A stretch of DNA of 64,000 nt from an uncultured Bacilli bacterium (GTDB lineage: Bacteria; Bacillota_I; Bacilli_A; RF39; UBA660). The stretch's first letter is position 1; every line of letters begins with the position of its first letter. This document shows, piece by piece, positions 18,733 through 30,451 of the stretch. The stretch lies in NCBI GenBank assembly GCA_934086815.1, contig CAKOIM010000001.1, forward strand, positions 78,366 to 142,365, read 5' to 3'. The notes beneath the pieces were generated by a model. The model was not told the DNA's origin and ran no database searches. It worked only from the letters and a program-made list of their open reading frames with translations. Position numbers and translations under genes: made by a program.

Positions 18733-18759
18733 TTAGCACTGAAAGATAAATAGTGCTAA
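18733..18759 (+). promoter_or_regulatory. CIRCE operator (HrcA binding site)
   Basis: TTAGCACTG-aaagataaa-TAGTGCTAA compares with consensus TTAGCACTC-N9-GAGTGCTAA. It lies between the promoter and the hrcA ATG. Confidence 0.9.
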
Positions 18760-18772
18760 TAGAGGTAATATT

Positions 18773-19789
18773 ATGGATGAACGTAAAAATAATCTCTTAA
18801 AAGAAATAGTAGAAACTTATATTAAAACTGTGAGACCTGTTGGTTCTAAGGCTTTATGTGATAAGTTTTCATGTTCTAGTGCAACGATTAGAAATGAAAT
18901 GGCATCGCTAGAAGAACTTGGCTTTTTAGAAAAAAATCATATATCTTCGGGAAGGATACCAAGTGAAGCTGGATATAAATATTATGTTAAATATTTAATG
19001 GAACCAGAAAAACTTACGGGTGGAGATGTTTTAAAACTTCAAAAGATTTTTGCTAATACGGATATTGAATTAAGTGATGCAATATTAGAATGTATGAATA
19101 TAATTAGTGAACTTACTAATTATACAAGTGTTGTATTAGGAAAAAGTAGTATGGATAATAATTTACTACAAATTAATATTATTGATTTAGGTAATGAAAA
19201 TGTAGTAGCTGTTGTATGTACTGATAAAGGTAATGTTTTAAATAAGACATTTCATCTAAGTAATAATATTAATATTAAAGAAGTTATTAAAACTAGTGAG
19301 ATAGTAAATAAATTACTAGTAGGAACACCGATAAGTGATGTAAGTGAAAGGTTAGAACTTGATGTTAAACCAATAATTAAACAGCAAATAAAACAATATG
19401 AAGCAGTTTATAATATATTTTATGATGCTTTTAATGATTTCGTAGAGAGTAATAGTAATATTCATGTATCTGGTAAAACTAAAATATTTGAGCAACCAGA
19501 ATATAGTGATATAAATGAACTTAGAAGACTTGCTAATAAACTTGAAGATAAAAATTATATTACTAAAATAATGGATAATGATTCAGATGATGAATTAAAA
19601 GTTTATATAGGTAAAGATAATGAGTTTGATTCTAATGTAACAATTATTAGAAAAAAATATCATATAAATGGTAAAGATGGAACAGTAGCTGTTATTGGAC
19701 CAAAGAGAATGGATTATCAAAGAATTGTGGGATTACTTGAATATATGGATGATTTCATTGATAGTAGAAAGGAACATGATGGAAAATAA
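18773..19789 (+). CDS. hrcA: Heat-inducible transcription repressor HrcA
   Basis: VGSKALCDKFSCSSATIRNEMASLEELGFLEKNHISSGRIPSEAGYKYYV, plus operon context. Confidence 0.95.
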   Translation: MDERKNNLLKEIVETYIKTVRPVGSKALCDKFSCSSATIRNEMASLEELGFLEKNHISSGRIPSEAGYKYYVKYLMEPEKLTGGDVLKLQKIFANTDIELSDAILECMNIISELTNYTSVVLGKSSMDNNLLQINIIDLGNENVVAVVCTDKGNVLNKTFHLSNNINIKEVIKTSEIVNKLLVGTPISDVSERLELDVKPIIKQQIKQYEAVYNIFYDAFNDFVESNSNIHVSGKTKIFEQPEYSDINELRRLANKLEDKNYITKIMDNDSDDELKVYIGKDNEFDSNVTIIRKKYHINGKDGTVAVIGPKRMDYQRIVGLLEYMDDFIDSRKEHDGK

Positions 19790-20298
19790 AGAAAAATTAG
19801 ATGGAAAACAAAAGGTAGTTAAAACAAAATCAAAGAAACCAAATAAGACTCAAGAAGAGCATGTAAAACTAAAAGAAGAGAATGCTTCTTTACAAGATAA
19901 GGTTTTAAGATTAACTGCGGAAATTCAAAATATAAGAAGAAGAAACGATGAAGAAGTTTCAAAATTATGTAAATATGATGGTGAAAAATTAATTAGTAAA
20001 ATTTTGCCAGTAGTAGATAATTTTGAAAGAGCTATATTACTTGATGATAGAGATTTATCTGATGAAGTATCTAAGTTCTTAAGTGGCTTTAAAATGATTT
20101 ATACTAATTTAGTTAATATATTAGATGAATTAGAAGTAAAAGAAATAGATTGTAAGGGCTTAGAATTTGATCCGATGAAAATGGAAGCTGTTTTAACAGA
20201 ATGTGATAAAAGTTTACCAAGCAATGTAGTATTAGAAGTTTTACAAAAAGGCTATACTTATAAAGACAAAGTTATAAGGGTAGCTATGGTAAAAGTAA

Positions 20299-20306
<8 letters not shown>
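19776..20306 (+). CDS. grpE: Nucleotide exchange factor GrpE
   Basis: RLTAEIQNIRRRNDEE...ILPVVDNFERAI. Start chosen at the ATGATG (19776/19779) overlapping the hrcA end rather than track start 19695. Confidence 0.9.
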
Positions 20307-22610
<2,304 letters not shown>

Positions 22611-22618
22611 TAAAGTTT

Positions 22619-22646
22619 AAAAGAGAGCGTCTTGTCTCTCTTTTTA
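22619..22646 (+). terminator. Terminator/attenuator hairpin after dnaK
   Basis: AAAAGAGAG (22619-22627) / CTCTCTTTT (22636-22644) stem with a T-run. Only 15 nt separate it from the tldD ATG and no promoter is visible there. Confidence 0.6.
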
Positions 22647-22661
22647 TGAGTTAGGAGAATT

Positions 22662-24035
22662 ATGAAAAAAGAAAAAATAGAAAATATTTTAGAAAATTTG
22701 TTATCTACAGGTGGAGATTTTGCCGAAGTATTTTTAGAAGATGCGACTACTAAAAGTTTTAGTTATGTAAATAGTAATTTAGATGCATATAAAATAGGCT
22801 TTAAAAGTGGTGTTGGTTTAAGATTAGCCCGTGATAATAGTGTATACTATGGGGCTACAAATGATTTAAGTAATAATGGAATTGAGAATATTGTAACTAG
22901 TCTTAAAAATAATATTAAAGAAGATGCATTAATTACAAATGTTAAATTAAAGAGATTAAAAAAATATAAAAATAGTAATAATACGCATTATAGTAATAAT
23001 GAGTTAAAGGAAAAATTTAATGATTTAGATAAACTAATTAGAAGTAAAGATAAAAGAATTAATCAAGTAAATATTATTTTAAATAATACTATTCAAAAAG
23101 TAACTATTGCAAGGGAATCTGGCCTTTATGTAAGTGATGAGAGAGTATATAGTAGAATTTATATAACAGTTGGATTTAAAGATTTTGATAAAGTTTGTGA
23201 TATAACTTATTCTAAAGGAATGACTATGAGTATAGATTTCTTAGACCTAATTGATTTTGATAGTGTATGTAAAAATCTTATTAAAGATGGATTAGATAAA
23301 CTTTATGCAAAACCTTGTATAGGTGGAGAAATGCCTGTTATTATTGAAAATGGTTTTGGCGGAGTTATTTTTCATGAAGCTTGTGGTCATGCTATGGAAG
23401 CAACTTCAGTTGCCCCAGGGTTGTCTGTTTTAAGTAATGAATTAAATAACCAAATAGCAAATAGTAAAGTAAGTATAGTTGATGATGGAACACTTCCATT
23501 AGAATGGGGAAGTACTAATATAGATGATGAAGGTCATGAAACTAAATCAAATATGCTTATTGAAGATGGTGTTTTAAAAGGATTTTTAATTGATGAGTTG
23601 AATAATAGAAAAATGAATATGAAATTAACCGGAAGTGGAAGAAGAGAAAGTTATCGTTATGCTCCGACATCAAGAATGAATAATACTTATTTATTACCAG
23701 GTACGGATACATTAAAAGATATGCTTAAAAGTATTAAATTAGGTTTATATGCTAAATCTATGGGCGGAGGTTGTGTTACGCCAGAAACCGGAGAATTTAA
23801 CTTTGCTTGTAACTTAGCTTATATGATTCGTGATGGAAAAATAGCTGAATGTGTAAAATCTGCTAGTTTAATTGGTACTTGTAAAGATATATTAAAAAAT
23901 GTTGAAGCTGTAGGTGATAATTTAGATTTAGGCCAAGGTTATTGCGGTTCTATAAGTGGTAGTGTTCCTGTAAATGTAGGTATGCCAAGAATAAAGGTTA
24001 GTAAAATTTTAGTAGGAGGAGAAAATGAAGAATAA
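22662..24035 (+). CDS. tldD: TldD-family metalloprotease
   Basis: HEACGHAME (HExxxH) and the overall TldD/PmbA fold signature GGxxxPxTGEF (GGGCVTPETGEFNF). Confidence 0.85.
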   Translation: MKKEKIENILENLLSTGGDFAEVFLEDATTKSFSYVNSNLDAYKIGFKSGVGLRLARDNSVYYGATNDLSNNGIENIVTSLKNNIKEDALITNVKLKRLKKYKNSNNTHYSNNELKEKFNDLDKLIRSKDKRINQVNIILNNTIQKVTIARESGLYVSDERVYSRIYITVGFKDFDKVCDITYSKGMTMSIDFLDLIDFDSVCKNLIKDGLDKLYAKPCIGGEMPVIIENGFGGVIFHEACGHAMEATSVAPGLSVLSNELNNQIANSKVSIVDDGTLPLEWGSTNIDDEGHETKSNMLIEDGVLKGFLIDELNNRKMNMKLTGSGRRESYRYAPTSRMNNTYLLPGTDTLKDMLKSIKLGLYAKSMGGGCVTPETGEFNFACNLAYMIRDGKIAECVKSASLIGTCKDILKNVEAVGDNLDLGQGYCGSISGSVPVNVGMPRIKVSKILVGGENEE

Positions 24036-25290
24036 GTTAATAAATTTAGGTGCGTCTTATGGTATAGATATTGAAATATATGAAAGAAAAAATAATATAG
24101 CTAGTATAAATACTTTAAATGATGAACTAAAACTCTTCCAAGTAGAAAATATATCACTTTATAATATTAAGGCTATTAAAAATAATGTATGCATAAATTT
24201 AATGACAGAAAACATTAAAAATACTAAAGAAATAGTAGATGCTTTAGAAGAAATGTTTGCAACACAAGATAATAAAAATAAAAATTTATTATGTACGGGA
24301 AAATTAAAGAAAAAAGTTATAGATGAAAAAATAGATTTGGAACAAGTAAAAAAAGATTTGCTTTCATTAAATGATTTAAAAGAAAGTTATTCAAGTATAA
24401 AGTCTATAGAAACTGGTTATGAACATATTTATAAAGGTAATTATATAGATAATAAAATTAATAAGTGTAAGATGCAAAATGAAAGTTATTACAATAATAT
24501 TGGTGTTTCTTTAAGTATTGAAGATAATAATAATACAAGGGTAATTTATGTTAATTATTATACTAAAAAATATGATTTTAAAGAGTTTAAGGAATATTTA
24601 CTAAATAAAATAGAACTTTCTTTAAATAAACTTAATAGTAGTTCTATTAAAACAGCTAAGTATAATTTATTATTAAGTAATGATGTAGTAGCAAATATTT
24701 TAAATGCATTTGTTGGATCTTTTCATAGTAAAAGTATTTTTATGAAAGAATCCGTATTAACTGATAAGTTAAATAAAAAGATATTTAGTGATAAAATCAA
24801 TATTTGTGAAGACTCTAAAAATGGCCTTGATGAAATTTTATTTGATTGTGAAGGAACCTTGAAAAAACGTCAAGATATTATTTTAAATGGGATATTTGTA
24901 AAATCTATTAATAATTTAGAATATGCTATTAAAATGGGCGAAGAACCAACAGGAAATGCCGATGGTGTAAATAATTTAATGATATTACCAAAAGATAAAA
25001 GTTTTGCTAGTCTTTTAAAAGAATTAGATAATGGTGTATTTATTGATGAAGTATATGGACTACATTCTGGTATTGATAAAACAACAGGAAATATTTCTTT
25101 GCAAGCTGAAGGTTACTTAATTGAAAATGGTAAAATTAAGCATGGACTTAATATGATTATTTTATCAACAAATATTTTTGAATTGTTTTCTAACGTATTA
25201 GAAGTAGGTAGTGATTTATCTAAAAGTAGTATAAAGACATTAGCTCCGTCTTTATTGCTTCATGATATAACTATTACAGGAAAGGAGTAA
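24025..25290 (+). CDS. pmbA: PmbA/TldE-family protein (TldD partner)
   Basis: Overlaps tldD by 11 nt. TldD/PmbA-type C-terminus ([21 protein letters not shown]) without HExxxH. Confidence 0.75.
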   Translation: MKNKLINLGASYGIDIEIYERKNNIASINTLNDELKLFQVENISLYNIKAIKNNVCINLMTENIKNTKEIVDALEEMFATQDNKNKNLLCTGKLKKKVIDEKIDLEQVKKDLLSLNDLKESYSSIKSIETGYEHIYKGNYIDNKINKCKMQNESYYNNIGVSLSIEDNNNTRVIYVNYYTKKYDFKEFKEYLLNKIELSLNKLNSSSIKTAKYNLLLSNDVVANILNAFVGSFHSKSIFMKESVLTDKLNKKIFSDKINICEDSKNGLDEILFDCEGTLKKRQDIILNGIFVKSINNLEYAIKMGEEPTGNADGVNNLMILPKDKSFASLLKELDNGVFIDEVYGLHSGIDKTTGNISLQAEGYLIENGKIKHGLNMIILSTNIFELFSNVLEVGSDLSKSSIKTLAPSLLLHDITITGKE

Positions 25291-25294
25291 ATTA

Positions 25295-26410
25295 ATGAAA
25301 AAAGATTGTTATGAAATTTTGGGGGTAAGTAAAACTGCTACAGATGAAGAGATAAAAAGAGCTTTTCGAAAACTTGCTAAACAATATCATCCAGATTTAA
25401 ATAAAGAACCAGGTGCAGAAGAAAAATTTAAAGAAATAGGCGAGGCTTATGCTATTTTATCAGATCCACAAAAAAGACGTCAATATGATCAATTCGGTCA
25501 TGCGGCCTTCCAAAATGGTGGAGGTGCATCCGGAGGATTCTCAGGCTTTGATATGGGCGATATAAATTTAGATGATATTTTAAGTGATCTTTTTGGTGGA
25601 GGTTTTTCTGGTTTTTCTGGATTTAATCGTGGAAGTCGTGGAAATAGAGCAACTCGAGGTAGTGATATTAGGGTAGTTTTAAATTTAACATTTGAAGAAG
25701 CTGTATTTGGATGTGAAAAAGATGTAAAATTAAATTTAAGTGCTAATTGTACTAATTGCGGCGGAAAAGGTGGATTCGGTGAAAAAACTTGTCGAACTTG
25801 TGGAGGGGCAGGTAAAGTTTTAGAACAACAACAAACAATATTTGGCTACATGCAAACACAAAAAACATGCTCTACTTGTCGTGGGACTGGTAAAACTTTT
25901 GAAAGAGAATGTGATGTGTGTCATGGTGAAAAAATAGTTACTAAGGCGAAGACATTAACCGTAAGTATTCCTGAAGGTGTTGATGAAGGATATCAATTGC
26001 GTTTAAGAGCAAAAGGTAATGCGGGAATTAATGGTGGTGAAAATGGAGATGTTTTCTTAGAATTTAAAATTAAGAATCATCCAATATTTGAACGCGATGG
26101 CCAAGATATTTATTTAGAAGTTCCAGTTAATATAGTAGATGCTACGTTAGGATGCAAAAAAGAAATTCCGACACTTTATGGAAATGTTGTCTTAGATATT
26201 AAAGCCGGTACTCAAAATTATACAAAACTTAAAATTAAAGGAAAAGGAATTAAAACTCCGAGTAGTCTAACTAAGGGAAATATGTATGCGGTAATAAATA
26301 TTATTACACCGACAAAATTAGACCGTAAACAAAAAAGTCTTCTAGAAGATTTGAGAAAAACAAATCTCGATGATAGTCCCGAATTTAAAGAATTTAAAAA
26401 ATATTTATAA
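25295..26410 (+). CDS. dnaJ: Co-chaperone DnaJ
   Basis: J-domain (DCYEILGV...HPD), G/F-rich region, and four CxxCxGxG zinc motifs. Confidence 0.97.
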   Translation: MKKDCYEILGVSKTATDEEIKRAFRKLAKQYHPDLNKEPGAEEKFKEIGEAYAILSDPQKRRQYDQFGHAAFQNGGGASGGFSGFDMGDINLDDILSDLFGGGFSGFSGFNRGSRGNRATRGSDIRVVLNLTFEEAVFGCEKDVKLNLSANCTNCGGKGGFGEKTCRTCGGAGKVLEQQQTIFGYMQTQKTCSTCRGTGKTFERECDVCHGEKIVTKAKTLTVSIPEGVDEGYQLRLRAKGNAGINGGENGDVFLEFKIKNHPIFERDGQDIYLEVPVNIVDATLGCKKEIPTLYGNVVLDIKAGTQNYTKLKIKGKGIKTPSSLTKGNMYAVINIITPTKLDRKQKSLLEDLRKTNLDDSPEFKEFKKYL

Positions 26411-26442
26411 AAAAATTTCTTGCTTTTGCAAGATTTTTTTTT
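26411..26442 (+). terminator. dnaJ terminator
   Basis: TCTTGC-tttt-GCAAGA hairpin (26418-26433) followed by a T9 run. Confidence 0.7.
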
Positions 26443-26498
26443 ATGTGAAAATAAAAGTTATTATAAGGATTTAAGTGGATTGTTCTCCCCCAAATATA

Positions 26499-26527
26499 TT
26501 GGCATTAAAATATTTTTGTGATATAAT
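26499..26527 (+). promoter_or_regulatory. Candidate promoter of the SipW/TasA-like locus
   Basis: TTGGCA (26499-26504), 17-nt spacer, TATAAT (26522-26527) with upstream TG (extended -10). Confidence 0.55.
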
Positions 26528-26552
26528 CTGATTATGGTAAAGGAAGGTACTT

Positions 26553-27092
26553 ATGAAAAGAATAATTATTGTTATTTTGACAACATTATATATAATTATT
26601 TCAATAGTTGTTACAACTTTATTACTTCATTACAATGATTATAACGTTACTGTTATTAATAATAATAGTTTAATAAGTTTAAAAAAAGATTATGATGAAT
26701 TAAAAAAAGGTTCTTTAGTTATTGTTGCAAATAAGGAAGTTAAAGTTGGAGATAAGATTTTTTATTATGAAGCTAATAATAATAATATTGGTATAAGTCT
26801 TAAGTCTGTTAAAAAAATTGATGAAATTAATGCAAATGAATATATGTACACACTAGATAATGATAAAGTAATTACTAGGGACTTTATTATAGGTGCCTTA
26901 AATGATGCTAAAGTTTATCCATTTATTGGGAGTGTTTTACTTTTACTCGAATCTAAATGGGGTTTTTTAAGTATCATTATTTTACCAGTAGCTGTTTGTT
27001 TTATTTTAGAAATTTATACACTAATTAAGGAATTTAAACCTAAGAAAAAAAGAAAAATGGGATGTAAAAATGAAAATAGTAAAAATAAATAA
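26553..27092 (+). CDS. SipW-like membrane protein, catalytically degenerate (pseudo-signal-peptidase), paralog of 44275-44808
   Basis: Has SipW topology (N- and C-terminal TM helices). The SGSMEP box is replaced by NNSLISL and the THR(V/I) His box is absent. Clearly alignable with 44275-44808. Confidence 0.55.
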   Translation: MKRIIIVILTTLYIIISIVVTTLLLHYNDYNVTVINNNSLISLKKDYDELKKGSLVIVANKEVKVGDKIFYYEANNNNIGISLKSVKKIDEINANEYMYTLDNDKVITRDFIIGALNDAKVYPFIGSVLLLLESKWGFLSIIILPVAVCFILEIYTLIKEFKPKKKRKMGCKNENSKNK

Positions 27093-27996
27093 ACAAAAAG
27101 CTTTACTGCTGTTATTAGTTTTTGTTTCTATACTATCTTGGGGTTCTTTAATTAAGACTTATGGAAGATACATTTATAATGAACTTAGAGATTATTATTT
27201 TGCAAGTCATAGTTTTTATTTTAATAGTGATAAATTAGATGTTGGTTTTAATAATGAAGAATTAGATAATTACTCAGGTGTTGATCCATATACAATAACT
27301 ATTAATATGAACAGCTATAAAAATAACTTTGTTGCTAGTAGTTCCGATATTGATTACAATATAACTTATAAATGTTCAAATAATGCTACATGTGAAGTTT
27401 CTAAAAGTTCTGGTATTATTTATGCGGCAAGTCATACGGATTCATTTTATGTTACGATTACACCAAAAGAAAATTTAAGCGATGGTGATAAAATTTGGGT
27501 TGAAGTAGAAGCTACATCTATTAGTCCTTACAAAAAAACTTTAAAGGGTAAATTCACTTTAAAGGTAGGTAAGATGGGTCTTGCTTATGAAATAAATGAT
27601 GTTAAGAATAGGGCATATTTTGATGTGCATTTTACTAATACATATGACTTTTATACGGTTAATGAAGCATTTGCTAATCATAATGTGGGTGATAGAATAG
27701 ATATAGAGACGTTTTTAAGTTTAAGTGACATAGATAAAGAAAAATGTTCTTCTGCTGTAATTGAAATTAAGTTTGATCCAAGAGTAGCTGTTTTAGATAT
27801 GACTAATGATGCTTATATCAATAACATTAGTAAAACTACTAGAATTATAAATAATTATGAATATATAGATGGTTTTATATTTAAAGTAGAAGCATTATCT
27901 AGTAAAAGTGTTAGGTTTTATAAAAGTAATGTTAGTAATGATTATACTTATCCATTTAACAATAATAATTCGATAGTAGATGTAATCTATCATTAA
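27070..27996 (+). CDS. Exported protein with SipW-cognate-like N-terminus (308 aa)
   Basis: Signal-anchor LLLLLVFVSILSWGSLIKTYGRYIYNE follows the T-[YF]-[AG]-x-[YF] pattern seen in TasA-type substrates. S/T/N-rich, beta-rich composition. Confidence 0.55.
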   Translation: MKIVKINKQKALLLLLVFVSILSWGSLIKTYGRYIYNELRDYYFASHSFYFNSDKLDVGFNNEELDNYSGVDPYTITINMNSYKNNFVASSSDIDYNITYKCSNNATCEVSKSSGIIYAASHTDSFYVTITPKENLSDGDKIWVEVEATSISPYKKTLKGKFTLKVGKMGLAYEINDVKNRAYFDVHFTNTYDFYTVNEAFANHNVGDRIDIETFLSLSDIDKEKCSSAVIEIKFDPRVAVLDMTNDAYINNISKTTRIINNYEYIDGFIFKVEALSSKSVRFYKSNVSNDYTYPFNNNNSIVDVIYH

Positions 27997-28006
27997 GGAG
28001 GTAACA

Positions 28007-28921
28007 ATGAGTTTAAATGTAATGAATACTTATTTAAAATTTAATCGAAGAAGATTAATAGGTTATAGTAAAATTATATTAGAAAAACATTATAATAAAA
28101 ATATTTTTGAAGGCTTATTAGATACATACATTAATGTAAGATACATAGAGTTACCTTCAGGGATAAGTGTTAAATTAATAAATAAGGAACTTGTTAAAAA
28201 AGCCGAAGAGTTAAGTCTTAAACATGATGTTGAAGACATAAAATTAATTCTTACATATTTTCCTTATATATATTATTTAGATGGATTTTTGAATAAAGAT
28301 ATTGAAATTACTATTAATAAAATTAATGACTACAGGAAAAAATATTTAAAGTTAGAGAAACTTGATAATGAATTAAGAAATAATTTAATAAATGATAGAA
28401 AAAGAATTACTAAGTATTTAGATAGTTTTGATAGTAAAGATTTCTATTTAAATTTAAATAAAACTAATATTAAGAATTTATTTAAAACTGAAGTTTTGCA
28501 TGAGATAAAGATACCTAAGTTATATAGTGAATATGCAATTAATAATGTTTATAATCGAGGTATTGTTTTAGAAAATAAATTGTTTATTAATTATTATATG
28601 GTTAGTAAATTAATATTAATTGATGTACTTAATAAAGACTCTAAATATTATATAGTTGATTTTTCTAAAACTTTGATTTTAAAAGAAGATAAGGTAAAAA
28701 GATTATTTAGTATTATTGATAATGATTTAATTAAAGATAGAATAATTCTTAAAGTTAGTGAAAATGATTTTTATGAATACCGAGATAGTTATTTAAAATA
28801 TATAAATGAAGGTTATAAGTTTATTCTTTATTTAAATAAAGAATCTGAATTAAATAATGATGCAATAAGAAGAGTATTTAGCTATATAGAAGATGATACT
28901 TTAATAAAGGAGGTAAAATAA
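28007..28921 (+). CDS. Hypothetical cytoplasmic protein (304 aa), first gene of the McrB-like cassette
   Basis: AGGAGG RBS. No TM segment or known motif. Its stop shares a base with the next ATG. Confidence 0.55.
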   Translation: MSLNVMNTYLKFNRRRLIGYSKIILEKHYNKNIFEGLLDTYINVRYIELPSGISVKLINKELVKKAEELSLKHDVEDIKLILTYFPYIYYLDGFLNKDIEITINKINDYRKKYLKLEKLDNELRNNLINDRKRITKYLDSFDSKDFYLNLNKTNIKNLFKTEVLHEIKIPKLYSEYAINNVYNRGIVLENKLFINYYMVSKLILIDVLNKDSKYYIVDFSKTLILKEDKVKRLFSIIDNDLIKDRIILKVSENDFYEYRDSYLKYINEGYKFILYLNKESELNNDAIRRVFSYIEDDTLIKEVK

Positions 28922-30441
28922 TGGATACATTTTTTAAGTTTTTATTTGAGTTCTTAGATCAATTCTTTAAAGGGTTTGAACTATTTTTTAAAGGTTTATT
29001 TAATGGAGTAACTGAAATATTTAATATTCCTGCCTATATTAAAGTAATTAGATATTATCAAAGTGATTTAAAAGGACCTGAATGGATATTTGTGGCAATA
29101 GCTATATTAGGTGTAATAGTTTTACTAGTAGCAATTATTTTATTTGTTTATTTTATTTTAAGAAAGTATCTTAAGTTTAGAAAAACAATTGTTGAACAAG
29201 AATCTTTACTTGAAGAAGTAGCAACTCTAAATAATGAAGTAGCTAATTTAATTCAAGAAAAACAAAATATACTTGCCATGAAAGTATCAAAACTTGGTCT
29301 TAAGCCAGGGGATAGTGATGTTGAGGATATTCCAGATGCAAATGAAGATGTTATCGGTGAGGGTCAAAGGTTTCCTAAACTTGCAAGTGTTGATGAAGCC
29401 TTTGCAAAATACAAGATACAAAACTATAACAATACTTTTACATTAGAAGAATTAGTCGAGTATTTTAGAAATTTTGCTGCTTCTAAATTAAGACTTTATT
29501 ATTCAACTGAAATGATTAGATTATTTATTTCAGCCTTAGCAAGTACTAAGTTAATTATTTTACAAGGTATTTCTGGTACAGGTAAAACTTCCTTAGCATA
29601 TGCTTGGGGAAAGTTTTTAAATCATGATTCATGCGTAGCATCTGTTCAACCCTCATGGAGAGATAGAACTGAATTATTCGGATACTTTAATGAGTTTACC
29701 AAAAAGTTTAATGAAACCGAAGTATTAAGAGAATTATATCAAGCTGGATTTACGGATGATGTATATACTGTAATTCTCGATGAAATGAATATTTCTCGTG
29801 TAGAATATTATTTTGCAGAAATGTTATCTATACTTGAAATGCCCAATAAAGATGAGTGGATAATTGAACTTGTATCTAGTGCATGGAAAAGTGATCCAAA
29901 ACATATAATCGGAGGTAAAATAAAAATTCCTGCGAATGTGTGGTACATAGGAACGATTAATAACGATGACTCTACTTATATGGTAACAGATAAGGTATAC
30001 GATAGAGCAATGCCAATTGATATTAATGATAAAGGAAAAGCTTTTGAACCAATTGATACGGAAGCAATGAATTTAAATTATTCTTATTTAGATAATTTAT
30101 TTCAAACGGCAATGGAACAAAATCAAATATCTAAAGAAACTTTAGATAAAATTGAAGATATGGATAATTATGTAATTAAACATTTTAGAATTGCTTTTGG
30201 GAACAGAATTGTTGCCCATATGAAAAAGTTTGTGCCAGTATATGTGGCGTGTGGTGGCGATGAAATTTCTGGGGTAGATTATTTTATTGCCCGAAAAATT
30301 TTAAGAAAGTTTGAACAATTAAATGTTTCATACATTAGGGATGAAATTGATGGATATGTAGATTATTTAAATAAAACATTTGGTAAAGATAAAATGAAAG
30401 AATGTATTGAATATTTACTTCGTTTAAAGAAATTAACATAA
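28921..30441 (+). CDS. Membrane-anchored, coiled-coil McrB-like AAA+ (GTPase-type) NTPase
   Basis: TM helix WIFVAIAILGVIVLLVAIILFVYFIL, coiled coil EQESLLEEVATLNNEVANLIQEKQNILAMK, Walker A GISGTGKTS, McrB-type box VILDEMNISRVEYYFAEMLSILE, and NVWYIGTINNDDSTYMVTDKVYDRAMPIDIN. Confidence 0.75.
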   Translation: MDTFFKFLFEFLDQFFKGFELFFKGLFNGVTEIFNIPAYIKVIRYYQSDLKGPEWIFVAIAILGVIVLLVAIILFVYFILRKYLKFRKTIVEQESLLEEVATLNNEVANLIQEKQNILAMKVSKLGLKPGDSDVEDIPDANEDVIGEGQRFPKLASVDEAFAKYKIQNYNNTFTLEELVEYFRNFAASKLRLYYSTEMIRLFISALASTKLIILQGISGTGKTSLAYAWGKFLNHDSCVASVQPSWRDRTELFGYFNEFTKKFNETEVLRELYQAGFTDDVYTVILDEMNISRVEYYFAEMLSILEMPNKDEWIIELVSSAWKSDPKHIIGGKIKIPANVWYIGTINNDDSTYMVTDKVYDRAMPIDINDKGKAFEPIDTEAMNLNYSYLDNLFQTAMEQNQISKETLDKIEDMDNYVIKHFRIAFGNRIVAHMKKFVPVYVACGGDEISGVDYFIARKILRKFEQLNVSYIRDEIDGYVDYLNKTFGKDKMKECIEYLLRLKKLT

Positions 30442-30451
30442 GGAGGTATAC

